64,000 nt of DNA from the NCBI GenBank assembly GCA_025786725.1, contig JAHLTZ010000011.1, positions 1 to 64,000 of the forward strand, read 5' to 3'. The notes under the pieces were generated by a model that made no database searches, was not told the DNA's origin, and saw only the letters and a program-made list of their open reading frames with translations. Every line of letters starts with the position of its first letter. Within the stretch, counting starts at the first letter, position 1. Shown in pieces: positions 1 through 11,482 of the stretch. The translations under genes were made by a program, and so were the position numbers. Source of the DNA: Syncephalis fuscata S228. Taxonomy: Eukaryota > Fungi > Zoopagomycota.

Positions 1-405
1 GTTGCCAATCTTACTATTTTTAGCTGAAGAACACATAGCTCGGCCTTGCCACGCTATGCATGGCGCGCCTTTAATATAAATGAGATGAATATTGCGCGTA
101 AAATTAAATAAAAAGAAGAGTAGTTCACGTTTGAGTTATATTTAGTCGTTTATCTTAAAGCAAGTCCGAGTACTTGTGGAGTTTATTCGTGTGGTCATAT
201 ACATCTCAGAGTTGAGGTGTCGTGTCAATTACTATCGTAGTTATCATTTTAAGCGTACACTTAAATCCTTTTCAGGATGAGCCTTCCAACAAATCGTGGA
301 AACGAACAACTACCACAAATGTATAGTTTAATCAAGTAAAGGATGTCAATTTTGGTTTTTTGACACTAAATCATATGAATTTACTTATTAATTAATATGG
401 AAATT

Positions 406-1012
406 ATTTTACTTTGACTTCCACATTTTTATTTACTTATTTCACTCTTCTTTTCCTATCGCTATCGTATTGTTTTATGCAGTAATATATTATACAATAA
501 TGTTGAATATGACAATATAAATAACATGTGTATTTGTACAGCAATAAATAACATTATTTAATCTCTAGTTTTTACTTCTCTTATTTTACATTAACATCTG
601 TTCAAGTAACCTCAACGGCATGCCGCATATTCTGGTTACAGCCGTCGCCACAAGATGTTTCTGATGAAGACACTCAATCTATCATTATTGCATATGGTGG
701 AGGCCATTTGCTTCATCAATGGTTGGCAAATAAACTGTGCCTACCAAGTTAATACTAAGAATGCTTAAGAAAATGGTGAACATCAGAAACGCTAGTCGCT
801 CTACCTTTTTGTCACCATAGACGAGTATCTTGCATTGCAAATATGCTCAAAATACAACAGTAGAAGATTGAAAAATAGAAGAAATCATTCAGAGGCAAGA
901 AACCACAATGTACATAGATGCAACAACTGCGAAATGACATGGAATTGCAATCATATGGTTTCTATTAATATTCGATCAATCTTTCTACACATGGTCAACA
1001 ACAACAATGATC
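406..1012 (+). repeat. ~605-bp dispersed direct repeat, copy A (copy B at 9001-9603)
   Basis: Both copies start ATTTTACTTTGACTTCCACATTTTTATTTAC and align through to CAACAATGATC, with scattered substitutions and small indels. Confidence 0.95.
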
Positions 1013-1038
1013 GGCCTCGTGAATTGCAAATTAGTTAA
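620..1038 (+). pseudogene. Decayed Fanzor (eukaryotic TnpB-like RuvC nuclease), C-terminal part, copy 1
   Basis: Across frameshifts and a stop it translates as IIIAYGG..FASSMVGK*TVPTKLILRMLKK..FVTIDEYLALQICSKY..NHNVHRCNNCEMTWNCNHMVSINIRSIFLHM..NDRP. This matches the Fanzor layout (V)DEY.TSQ.C..C / C..C...WNRD..AA.NI, with several key residues mutated. Confidence 0.8.
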
Positions 1039-2323
1039 ATAAAAATTATAGCTATGTTTGTTGTGAATAACAGCATGACTTCAATTGAAACGGATTTTGC
1101 TTTGAGGACTCAAAATATGAGAGTCAATGTAAAATTGAGAAAATTGAAAAAGCTAAAAATACCTGATAAGAAAAAAGTCATTTACAATAAATGCAATAAA
1201 ATTTAATTTAAAACTTTATTTATGTAATTTAGTCAATTGTAGCGATGTTATCAGTAATGCCAATCGTGTTTTATTTGTTAAAAACTTCCAACAATATACT
1301 TGTGGCAAATGCAACTCAAAAATACAATACAAGAACATGCTTTGTAAGGATTAGTATTAATAATATTGAACTGTTAGTTAATATTAAATAAACGTCTTAT
1401 TCAATAAATACAAACTATTAATGGAAAGACTATCAAAATAAATAAAGTGTAATGCAAACAAAATGATTTAATTAATAAATATTTTTCAAATTTAGCTTTA
1501 GCCAACAAATAAAATTAGATTGGCTTAGAGCGTTCAGATATCAGATTTAGCAATTAAACAATTTCGAATTACATGAAGGTATTATTGCTCTGATTAACCC
1601 AAATTAATTAGTTGGTTTGTCAAGCAAGAGTGAAGATATGCAAAATAAAGCCGTCATGATATTTGTCATTGATAAACTAGAACAATCTACTCGTAACATC
1701 CATTCTTAAATGTTACAGTAGTCGCTTCAATGTTTTAATTTAGAAAAGTCGTAGAACATGGCGAAAGAAGCTTAAAAGAGTGTTATGACGGACATTTAAA
1801 CCACTTGATTTGTATTAGATCTTGTAATATTTTTACCAGCTAAATAAAAAGAACTTTTTCACAATATTGAGCATACTATTGATTGTTTAATGTGATTTGG
1901 CGGTTAAATAACTGTAATAGCCGCACATTTAAACTAAATAGCCGTATTATTGAAAATGAAACTGTGTTGAGTGTCATTGGTGATAAAAGATCTATTTATC
2001 ACTATTGTTATGCTGTACATATCTGTCCTGTATACATATACTATATGTCCATCTATATCATTAATATTGTAAATTGCATACAGTATAGTTTCACTATTAC
2101 TATTCACGTATCTGATTTGTCTATCTATTTTGTTTTATAATATTCTATGCTTTATTGCCATGTTTTATTAAAAAAACGTTTTTATTCTAATTTCAGTATA
2201 CTATTATTTGGCTATATGATAATGATAGCTTTGCTACTATCCATACCAATCGATGTTTATAGCTTACACGATATAATTATAGATATAGCAATTTGATTGT
2301 ATATAGTTAAGACGGAACCATAA

Positions 2324-2964
2324 GTTTATTACTATAAACTTGCGCAGTTGAATAGGAACAACTAGATGCAAAGTTGTTGGCAAAATAATGATTCCATTGA
2401 TTAAAGACTGGATAAACCAAAGCATTGGCCAATACTTGATATATAGATAGACTGGACGGCGTAGTTGTCAAATCGCCTTGCTTTTCACCGAATATATATT
2501 TATAGTGTATTGGAATAGTGGTTTGATTGCACTACCAATGCTGATGTCTTGAAACCATCGATTATGCTGTATTTACAAATAAATATATTATATATTATAT
2601 AATTATTTTATAAGCCATCAATATACAATGTCACCGCCAGCTATATTAAGTTGTTGATAGATAGAAATATGATAAATGCTTAGTACATAGTTGATACATA
2701 TGCAATATCGCTTATGAACTGTTAATATTAAAATTTTAATACACACAGTAAATAACATATAGCCAAAAATAAGCAGTTAATATATAGCACAATTTACCTT
2801 TTAGTAATATAAATTATTAAAATACGCAGTAATGATGTATAATTAGTGCATAGCTAATTAAGACAAAATGCTGCTCACAAGCTATCAATGTAGATTTGTT
2901 AATACACACAGTAAATAGTGTGCAATTAGTGCATAGTTTATCATTATACAATGAAACCTACAAT
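2324..2964 (-). pseudogene. Decayed paralogue of the micro-exon peptide gene: last exon/3'UTR plus about 5 degenerate intron/3-nt-exon units
   Basis: 2324-2590 is nearly identical to 6181-6449. Units follow at about 80-bp spacing, with 3-nt exon slots at 2638-2640, 2716-2718, 2798-2800, 2879-2881 and 2962-2964. Several splice sites are mutated and no signal-peptide exon was found. Confidence 0.75.
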
Positions 2965-4280
2965 ATAATATTGCCATTAATTGTATACAAACTGATTACA
3001 CGCTATGCGCTTTGCCTATCTACAATTATAAAATAGCTGATACTATTAATATATAGGCATTGATAGTACAATTAAACTACTGATTCAATGTATTTAGATA
3101 TATTATTAAACTCTGTTGAAATTAATATTCGATCGATCCGGGAGATTTGTAAGTAATGGTTCTTATACGTAATAGAAAACAGGGATGAATTTTGGACAGA
3201 AAGACATATCGTTTATTAAAATATTACTACTAGATACTGATAATAAGACTAGTAGTGAGCGGTATTATAAATTTCATATGCATGTTTCATGCTTAATTAC
3301 ATAGTTTTATGTAATCGTTACAATAACATTGTTGCGTTATATTGATATCAATCATATGGCTCATAAAGTACACCTGTGGCATCTCAACTCGTGACAATAC
3401 ATTTTGTTATTTTATAATAAATGAGCAATCTATCGCAGCCTTGAACAAAATAATATTAATATTAAATATGGTTTATATTATCAATAATGCTGTTGATACA
3501 TTATGCGACAAATAATTTATATGAAAATACAAATTATATTAGTTATATTACAGCGCTGATATTGTTTTTTCATTTATTTATTTAAAACTCAATGTCTACA
3601 AATTATAGTAAATACAATGTTCATCAATTTCATTAATGGCCAAGATGTTTTTGTTTGTTTATTGACATTGTATCTAGATTTTAATAGGTAGCATTTAATA
3701 TCAGTCTGTAGAGCCATGGAAATTGCAATTAATACGATAAAAGCTATTGCTATTATAATATACAATATTCTCAAAGTGTTTGTAAAATCTGTTTAGTTTT
3801 ATTTGTGCTATAGTTTGCGATAAAAGCAAAGCAATAGTTTAATACTGAATATCATTGATTGTCAATGTACTGATACGGCATATGGCTATGTCAACTCTAA
3901 TATTCTTTTACTTTTGGCATTCTAGCAAATACAGTTGATAGTCTTAATGTATTTTTAATAAGAATTCGCCTTTGCAGTTGTTCATACAGCTATCTACGAT
4001 ATTGCTCCCACGGTAATACTGCCAATTAAGGTGAGGAATGAAAAGGCCTTTTCTGTCATGTTCACTTAAATTATTTTTCCACGTTATGATATCCACGCCA
4101 CTTTGCTGCTTTTGAATTTATGCCTGGTCTTTTTACAAACCATAATGCCATCACGGACAACGTCATCAATGGCTGATATGCCTTATAAACTAGCTATAAG
4201 TTGGTGTCAATAAACAATATACAAACTGCAATGATGTCATCACCTATAAGTCGGAATCCGCTAAAATTAGGGCAAAGGAG

Positions 4281-4420
4281 TGCTGACTCATCTTTCTCCA
4301 AAGCTCATGTGGTGTTCATGAAAGCAGTCAAAGTTCAGATGACAATTGGCCCACTACCGCCCAGTTGGCATTTTTAGCAACGTGGGTCGTTTCCATTACT
4401 CATCTGCTTGGAATATAAAT
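4281..4420 (+). promoter_or_regulatory. Putative GST promoter: AP-1/Yap1-like sites and TATA box
   Basis: TGCTGACTCA at 4281-4290, TTACTCA at 4396-4402 and TATAAAT at 4414-4420, about 140 bp upstream of the ATG. Confidence 0.35.
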
Positions 4421-4557
4421 AGGGCGTGTTTATTGCGTTGATTCAAGCAATACTCATCATCAGCACCACATTCATCAGCTTTCCAGGCTAGTTTACTATT
4501 CTCATCAGCCAACAAAGTGTTTTCGGTCGAATTCAAACTATTTCCAAGCAACCAACC

Positions 4558-5221
4558 ATGTCTATCACAAGCAAGCCCGTTGTCACCTACTTCGAATTGG
4601 ACTTCCAAGGTCTTGGAGGTGCCATCTACATATTATTGTCCGATGCCGAGGTTGACTTTGAAAAGAAGACTTTCCCCATGGGCGAATGGATTCCAGTTAA
4701 GGAGAAGCTTATTGCTACAGGTGCATCGCCCAACGGTACTGTGCCAGTCCTAGAACTTGATGGCAAGACTTACGTCCATCAGCTGCCAATTCTACGCCTG
4801 CTTTCTCATCGCCTAGGTAAGTGTGAATGTGATGCTGCTAAACTATACATTTGTACTAATATCGTCTGCAGGCAAATACAATGGTAAAGACATTGAGGAA
4901 GCTTATGAAATTGATTCATTCGCCGATTTGCTTGCCGATCTCCACAAGGCATGGAGCATAAGCTATTGGAGTGATGATGCCGCAAAGAAGACATTTGCTG
5001 TAGAAAAAGAGCCCAGATATCTTGCTGGTGTCGAGCGTTTCTTGGCCAAGCACAACGGTCCCTACATTTTGGGTAACGAGCCATCCTACGCCGACTTCAA
5101 GCTTTTATCCGTTCTACTGGATACCAAGTCAGATCTCAGCAGCTATCCACACATCAAGACGTTCTCGGAAGCCATCCGTGGCCGCCCTGGCGTTCAGAAA
5201 TACTTGAACACATTAGCATAA
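4558..5221 (+). CDS. Glutathione S-transferase (2 exons, intron 4817-4871)
   Basis: N-domain VTYF..QGLG..I..LL..A.V.FE and PNGTVPVLELDG; C-domain YILGNEPSYADF..YPHIK. The GTAAGT...TACTAAT...CAG intron joins ORFs 4558 and 4823 in frame. Confidence 0.92.
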
Positions 5222-6180
5222 ACATTCATGCATTGTCATTGTTTTTTATCAACATGCTGACAATGTCTTTGCCATCATCAATACAATAAAATACTGTTAT
5301 TACTTTGATAATGATCGACAGCCAATGGGAAGATGTATGTGATTACAATAGCTTACATGAATCAATATGTTCTATCAAATGTATATATTACAACATGATG
5401 GAATTTGGCATATTTCAATGCTGTGCATACTACACTGCTTTGTAAATTAAATTCTGTTGTTAACATAATCATATCAAATCTACTTTATCTGTCTGTAGCA
5501 ATGATTTTACTAAAACTATTGTTATTATAATGCTAGTCGTTAAATAGAACGCTATTTATATATAAAGATTCAGTTTGTTTTCTATATAATTTCAATCAAA
5601 TAACTTTCATATATATATATCTTTGATAATGCTATAAAATGTGTATTATTATAATAAAGAGCACTATTCAAGCTTGATTATGTTTTATTCTATACTTTAT
5701 CATAGTGACAATCAATGACCACGTATCTTCAAAATTGCAATTTTATTTGAGTTCTCATATCTTCAAATGAGTTGATTCTAAATACTTCACACTGAAACCT
5801 CTGTCTTTAAATGCTATTCAATGAAGAATACCATTTCAAAAGTGTGCAATTATGAAATTAACAAACTGTACACAAATATTAATTTAATCTTTACAAATAA
5901 TACTAAACTAAACAGTCAAGTTATATAAAACCGTCTTTTCTGTATTTTGAGTATACTAGTGATTTATGTAACAGTAGTATCAACATCGAATTGAGTATAT
6001 ACATGGATCATTTATTATATTATAAAGCTCATAAAGATAGGCTGATCTATGTATAACAATAAAATATGTACAAAAATATTAATAAAATGCATCAAACCTG
6101 TTGTCGTATTGCTGCTATGCGTTGTTTAGTATGCATACAAGTATTGAAGACTGTGTCGATTTTTTAAAATAAAATCATAT

Positions 6181-6449
6181 GTTTATTACTATAAACTTGC
6201 ACAGTTGAATAGGGGCAACTAAATGCAAAGTTGTTGGCAAAATAATAATTCCATTGGTTAAAGACTGGATAAATCAAAGCATTAGCCAAAACTTGACATA
6301 TAAATAGACTGGACGGCGTAGTTGTCAAATCGCCTTGCTTTTCACCGAATATATATTTATAGTGTATTGGAATAGTGGTTTGATTGCACTACCAATGCTG
6401 ATGTCTTGAAACCATCGATTATACTGTATTTACAAATAAAAATATTATA
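6181..6449 (-). repeat. ~265-bp direct repeat of 2324-2590; corresponds to the last exon/3'UTR of the micro-exon gene
   Basis: GTTTATTACTATAAACTTGC...GAAACCATCGATTAT.CTGTATTTACAAATAAA is shared with about a dozen substitutions. Confidence 0.93.
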
Positions 6450-7305
6450 TGCCATATAATTAATGCATAGCCAGTCAATATACAATACTACCTACGTTCT
6501 ATCAATATTAAATAAGCGGTACAATCAGTAAATAGTATAGTTAATATGTTGTTAGTTAATATATAGTGCAACTTACAGACTATTAATATTAAGTTATTTA
6601 TATGCATAATACATGATAATTAGTGCATAGTCAGTCAATATATAGTACAACTTACACCCTATTAATATTAAGTTATTTATACGCATAATACATGGTCATA
6701 ATTAGTGCATAGTTAGTCAATAATAGTACAACTTACACCCTATTGGTATTAAGTTATTCATACGCATAATACATGGTCATAATTAGTGCATAGTTAGTTA
6801 ATATGTAACACTACTTACTGACTATTAATATTAAGTTATTTATACGCATAATACATGGTACATAGTTAGTGCATAGTCAGTCAATATATAGTACAACTTA
6901 CACCCTATTGGTATTAAGTTATTCATACGCATAATACATGGTCATAATTAGTGCATAGTCAGTCAATAATAGTACAACTTACCCCCTATTGGTATTAAGT
7001 TATTTATACGCATAATACATGGTACATAGTTAGTGTATAGTCATTCAATAATAGTACAACTTACCCCCTATTGGTATTAAGTTATTTATACGCATAATAC
7101 ATGGTACATAGTTAGTGCATAGTCAGTCAATATATAGTATAACTTACAAGCTATTAGTATTAAGTTATTTGTACGCATAATACATGGTACATAGTTAGTG
7201 CATATTCAGTAAATATACAATACAACTTACGAGCTATTAATATTAAGTTAGAAATACTGTTAGTAAGCATAATAATATGATATATCTACTGTCATTGAAA
7301 CATAC
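6424..7305 (-). repeat. Tandem array of ~79-83-bp units, each one spliceosomal intron plus a 3-nt micro-exon
   Basis: The plus strand repeats ACTTAC-NNN-CTAT about every 81 bp (ACCTAC in the last unit). On the minus strand this is ATAG|NNN|GTAAGT, with CACTAAC/CACTAAT branch-site motifs in the units. Confidence 0.9.
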
Positions 7306-7420
7306 CACGGCGAACCAAAGCTGATTTATCATCCACAATGACTGGTTTAGCATCCGCCATGGTTGTAGCGGCTATCAAAGTCACGATAATAGTGCAAACG
7401 ACGGCAATGGAAAGCTTCAT
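6497..7420 (-). CDS. Small secreted peptide precursor encoded by one long exon plus ten 3-nt micro-exons: MKLSIAVVCTIIVTLIAATTMADAKPVIVDDKSALVRR-APWGGFRWF*
   Basis: Exon 1 is 7420-7306 (ACC-ATG context, hydrophobic signal peptide, RR, phase-1 GTATGT donor). Micro-exons: CTC 7233-7231, CTT 7150-7148, GGG 7067-7065, GGG 6985-6983, GGT 6904-6902, TCA 6821-6819, GGT 6739-6737, GGT 6658-6656, TCT 6579-6577, AAC 6498-6496. The last exon starts at 6423. All 11 introns (72-80 nt) are GT-AG. Confidence 0.78.
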
Positions 7421-9000
7421 GGTGATGTTGATTTGTTAAGACAAACAACTAAAAGAAATAGTAGTGTGTGATTGATATAAAGTGGAGAGTAGTGCGTGTA
7501 TAGCAAGAAGTAGAGTGCGATGATGATATTGCAGTTGGTTGTGTATATTTTGTGGGCCATTTATACTTACGGTTATGCTGAGATGCTAGTATACTGTAGT
7601 ATACAAGGTATACCATTGATGTGTAGTATGAACCAATAAAGCAATCCAAGTGATGGTCTGGAATGCACATGTACCAATAGATTCATGGTTTAATAGGGTG
7701 CTTCTAGCCTTTACTTCAGTCTGCCTGGTCTTGATTTAACCTATCCGGTTTTTACTCCAATCTGCTAGTCATTTGCACGAATACTGTAATAGTGTTTATA
7801 ACCTAGTACATATGAGATAAAAATAGACATATTAACTTGTATTTTCTGTTACACAGTTTGACTATTTGGTAAAAGTAAGATACTGTTTGGCTTTGTAAAA
7901 ATGATAATAATGTCTTTGCTGCCATTTCTATTGATTTGGTTCTCAATATTTGTTGCATACAGAATAGCATACGACACTGATACAAAAACAATTTTTTACC
8001 GCTATACATAGGTCAGTTGTAATTCTTTAAATTATAGTGTATTAATTGGTTTTATGCGTGCATTTTATTCGACACTATGCCATTGTTATGGGGTAATAAT
8101 TGCTTCGAATTCACAAATGTATTACATCCATGCATATCATGCTACATGTTGTGCAATTACCATAATTCAAATGGCGGCTAATCTAAATTACCTGAAATTG
8201 CCTATACAATAAGTATTATATGTAGCATAATTCATCACAGCATTTTGAGCAATGGAACATTCCAGCAAGTCATTTTTGTCATCAGTTTTTAGCTGTAAAC
8301 TAAATCGCATTGTCTAGATTCTATACAATGCAATATGCAGACACTGGGCTAGACACAATAAAAAGTTCTAGCCAAATATCAGCAATTTTGAGTGCATAGT
8401 GACTGTGGATTGCATATAAACCGGTAATCATCCAAGGCCTAAGTTCTGTTCGCATTTCTGAACCACTTTTAACAAGTTAAGCAAGTTGGAATATAGAAGC
8501 ACAAGTCAAAGCAGAAATCAATGGAGAAACAACTGGCAGCTCAAAGACTTACTGGTTTAACATGTAGCAAATTATTATAGTTATGTTAAACTGGACTGTG
8601 TTCATCAAAAGTCGACTGTTGCTGATGCGACCATAACAGCAGCAATGTTAAACCGAGATAACTCACAGAAAACAGAGAGATGTAAATATAATTGAATTAC
8701 CGAGTTTAGTAGGCAAATAACTTATATTGTCACTATAACTTATAATTCTGGCTGTTTGTATGGATAAATATTTACAATCAAATTGTAACTTCTTATATAC
8801 TTACATTTACACGACCACCAACTAAGCCAACTATTACAAAGCTTAATCTAATTATTTATCAGAATAAGTAACTAATATTATACATTATTGCAATAATAGA
8901 AAGACATATTAATTTATTTATTGACCATTAATAAAAGTTGTATAGCTATATATTAAAACAAAACATTAGATTGAGTGTGTAATATTTACATGCTCAAGTC

Positions 9001-9603
9001 ATTTTACTTTGACTTCCACATTTTTATTTACTTATTTCACTCTTCTTTTCCTATCGCCATCGTATTGTTTTATTCAGTAATATATTATACAATAATGTTG
9101 AATATGACAATATAAATAACATGTGTATTTTGTACATTAATAAATAATATTATTTAATCTCTAGTTTTTGCTCTCTTATTTTACATTAACATCTGTTCAA
9201 GTAACCTCAACGGCATGCCGCATGTTCTGGTTACAGCCGTCGCCACAAGATGTTTCTGATGAAGACACTCAATCTATCATTATTGCATATGGTGGAGACC
9301 ATTTGATTCATCAATGGTAGACAAATAAACTGTGCCTACTAAGTTAATACTAAGAATTCTCAAGACAATGGTGAACATCGAAATGCTGTCCTCTACCTTT
9401 TTGTCACCATAGACGAGTATTTTACATTGCAAATATGCCCAAATACAACAGTAGAAGATTGAAAATAGAAGAGACATTCAAAGGCAAGAACCACAATGTA
9501 CATAGATGCAACAACTGCGAAATGACATGGAATTGCAACTATATGGCTTCTATTAATATTCGATTAATCTTTCTACGCATGACCAACAACAGCAACAATG
9601 ATC
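9001..9603 (+). mobile_element. Decayed Fanzor remnant, copy 2 (repeat of 406-1012)
   Basis: Reads FVTIDEYFTLQICPNT..NHNVHRCNNCEMTWNCNYMASINIRLIFLRM. Similarity to copy 1 ends at about 9603. Confidence 0.8.
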
Positions 9604-10059
9604 AACATCAAATGTTTCAATACAATCAAATAGTATGTTATATTATTTATTTAAATGTTTAAATAGCAGTTACTGATACAATTTTTCTCTTACATTTAAT
9701 TAATTTTATAGAAATAATAATGCTATTACATTACATTAATGTTTATTGTGAATACTCATTTAAACACAATCTAATCTAATTGACTCGTCAACTATTTAAA
9801 TCATTATGATCAATTGCGTAAAAAGATTTACTGCCCTAAGAGATGCAAAGTAAATTTCAACCATGTCTATTTAGATACAAGTAATTAATTAGTGCGTAAT
9901 TAAGTTTACCTAATAAATTACTTTATCGTTTAAATTTATTTAATAGTTAACAGTTAACCTTTAATCTGAATATTAATAAATAGAACAATAATAATCAACC
10001 AATTAAAATATAGTAAATAGCAGCTTATTCAATAGAGAATAATTATACAAAAAATAAAT

Positions 10060-11482
10060 TTAACGCCATGAAGAATAGTCAAGCTCATCTCCACTATCAT
10101 TGTACTCGTTATAGTCATCGTCATAGGCACCTAATGCTTCCATAACCAGCCATGCTTCTTCATCCCATGGCTTAACCCCTTGTGATAGTAGTTCCATTAC
10201 TTGATCAGCTGTAAATCCACACATACCAGCCTCTTCACCATCTGATAGTGATGGATCAAGTGTATTCTCTAATAGACTGGCCATCATAGCTTCTTCATTT
10301 GCTCTATACATATCCCAGCTGGGTAGATGCATATCAGTATCATGACCTATATGGCCATTAATAATATCATCTTGATCGTGGTAACGATGATTGGGTCCGC
10401 GGGTTTCTGGATCATGTCTAAATCGACAACGATCCACCCATCGACATCGACCACTACCAACCCAGTAGCGACAAGCAATACGAGAAGTACCAGCATCTGA
10501 TGTATTGGCTCGTCGACGCTGTTGCTGTTGCTGTTGTACTTGTAATGTATTAGATAGTGAATGTGTATCTATTGATTGACCATTTGTATCTAATTGTGAT
10601 AGCTGGGTGGGTGTATCAGCAGCAGTGGCTGTAGTGGACGGTGTTATAGTTACAGTCTCATCATCATCATCATCATCATCATCATTATCTGACATTAATG
10701 TGCCACTTTCTGAAAATAAATCATCTGCATCTTCATTTTCATCATTAAAATGTGTACTGGTGGCTTCTTCATCACTATTTGTAGATAGAACAGATGGATG
10801 TTGATATCGACACTGATTTCCCCATGGACAGTTTTCATTATTGGTCCAGTATCGACAAGGAATAGGTAATTGATGGCAGGTATTGTTAGTGTCATTTAAT
10901 CGTCTATTGGTATCTAGTCTATCAGAAGTTGTATCGATATGTCGAAATCTACACTCGCTTCCATGTCGACAATTGCCACGTTGATAGAATATACAGATAT
11001 CTGGACGTCTATTACTACTATTGCTATCATTTGTTGTATTATGTCGATTAGTCATGTTATTAGGAAGAGGAAAGCGTCGACGACCTATATTTGAGAAATT
11101 GGGTTCTGTAGGAGAAGTGACATCTGCTGTTAATTATATAATGAATGTTTAGTAGAAGTAGTTGATTAAACTTTAAATACTTACCACGAAGACCTTCATG
11201 TTCACCATTCTCGTAAAGATAGGATACAACATCACCAAGCATATGTACATAGTCTTCTAAATCACTATCAGCTAGACTATTACTAGTTAAATGACCATTA
11301 ATTAAATGACTATTAGTTATATGTTCGGTTGTTGATAGATTAAGTCCTTGTGTATCTTTTACTAATCCATCGATCAGTGAATCTGTTACAGGTGCTTTTG
11401 TTGTTGTTGTTGTTGTTGTCTCTGGTTCAGTTGTAGTTGATGCTGTAGTACGATCTGTCGATGACTGTGGTAAAGAGGCCAT
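10060..11482 (-). CDS. CCCH zinc-finger RNA-binding protein (3 C3H1 fingers, 2 exons)
   Basis: CIFYQRGNCRHGSECRFRH, CRYWTNNENCPWGNQCRYQH and CRYWVGSGRCRWVDRCRFRH. An intron from 11184 to about 11124 joins ORF 11482 to ORF 11055 in frame. Confidence 0.85.

Noticed and set aside
3589-3774. 61-aa ORF with hydrophobic N-terminus as the missing exon 1 of the decayed paralogue
   Set aside because: It starts at TTG, has no similarity to exon 1 at 7420-7306, and AT-rich DNA yields such hydrophobic ORFs by chance.
6325-7233. Phase-0 reading of the micro-exons (LLGGGSGGSNYNRWFQDISIG..)
   Set aside because: The only canonical exon-1 donor (GTATGT at 7305) is phase 1, and both gene copies have an immediate phase-1 stop in the last exon. 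It is not fully excluded without cDNA.
6497-7233. Resemblance of WGGF/FRW to enkephalin (YGGF) or the melanocortin core (HFRW)
   Set aside because: Matches of 3-4 residues arise by chance, and there is no evidence of homology or mimicry.
6460-7250. CRISPR array or plain minisatellite
   Set aside because: The context is eukaryotic, there are no cas genes, and the variable part is only 3 nt. Each unit carries splice donor, branch and acceptor signals behind a coding exon, so an intron/micro-exon model fits better.
8400-8690. Protein-like stretch YKPVIIQGLSSVRISEPLL..
   Set aside because: It is interrupted by stops, has no recognisable motif and is too short to assign.
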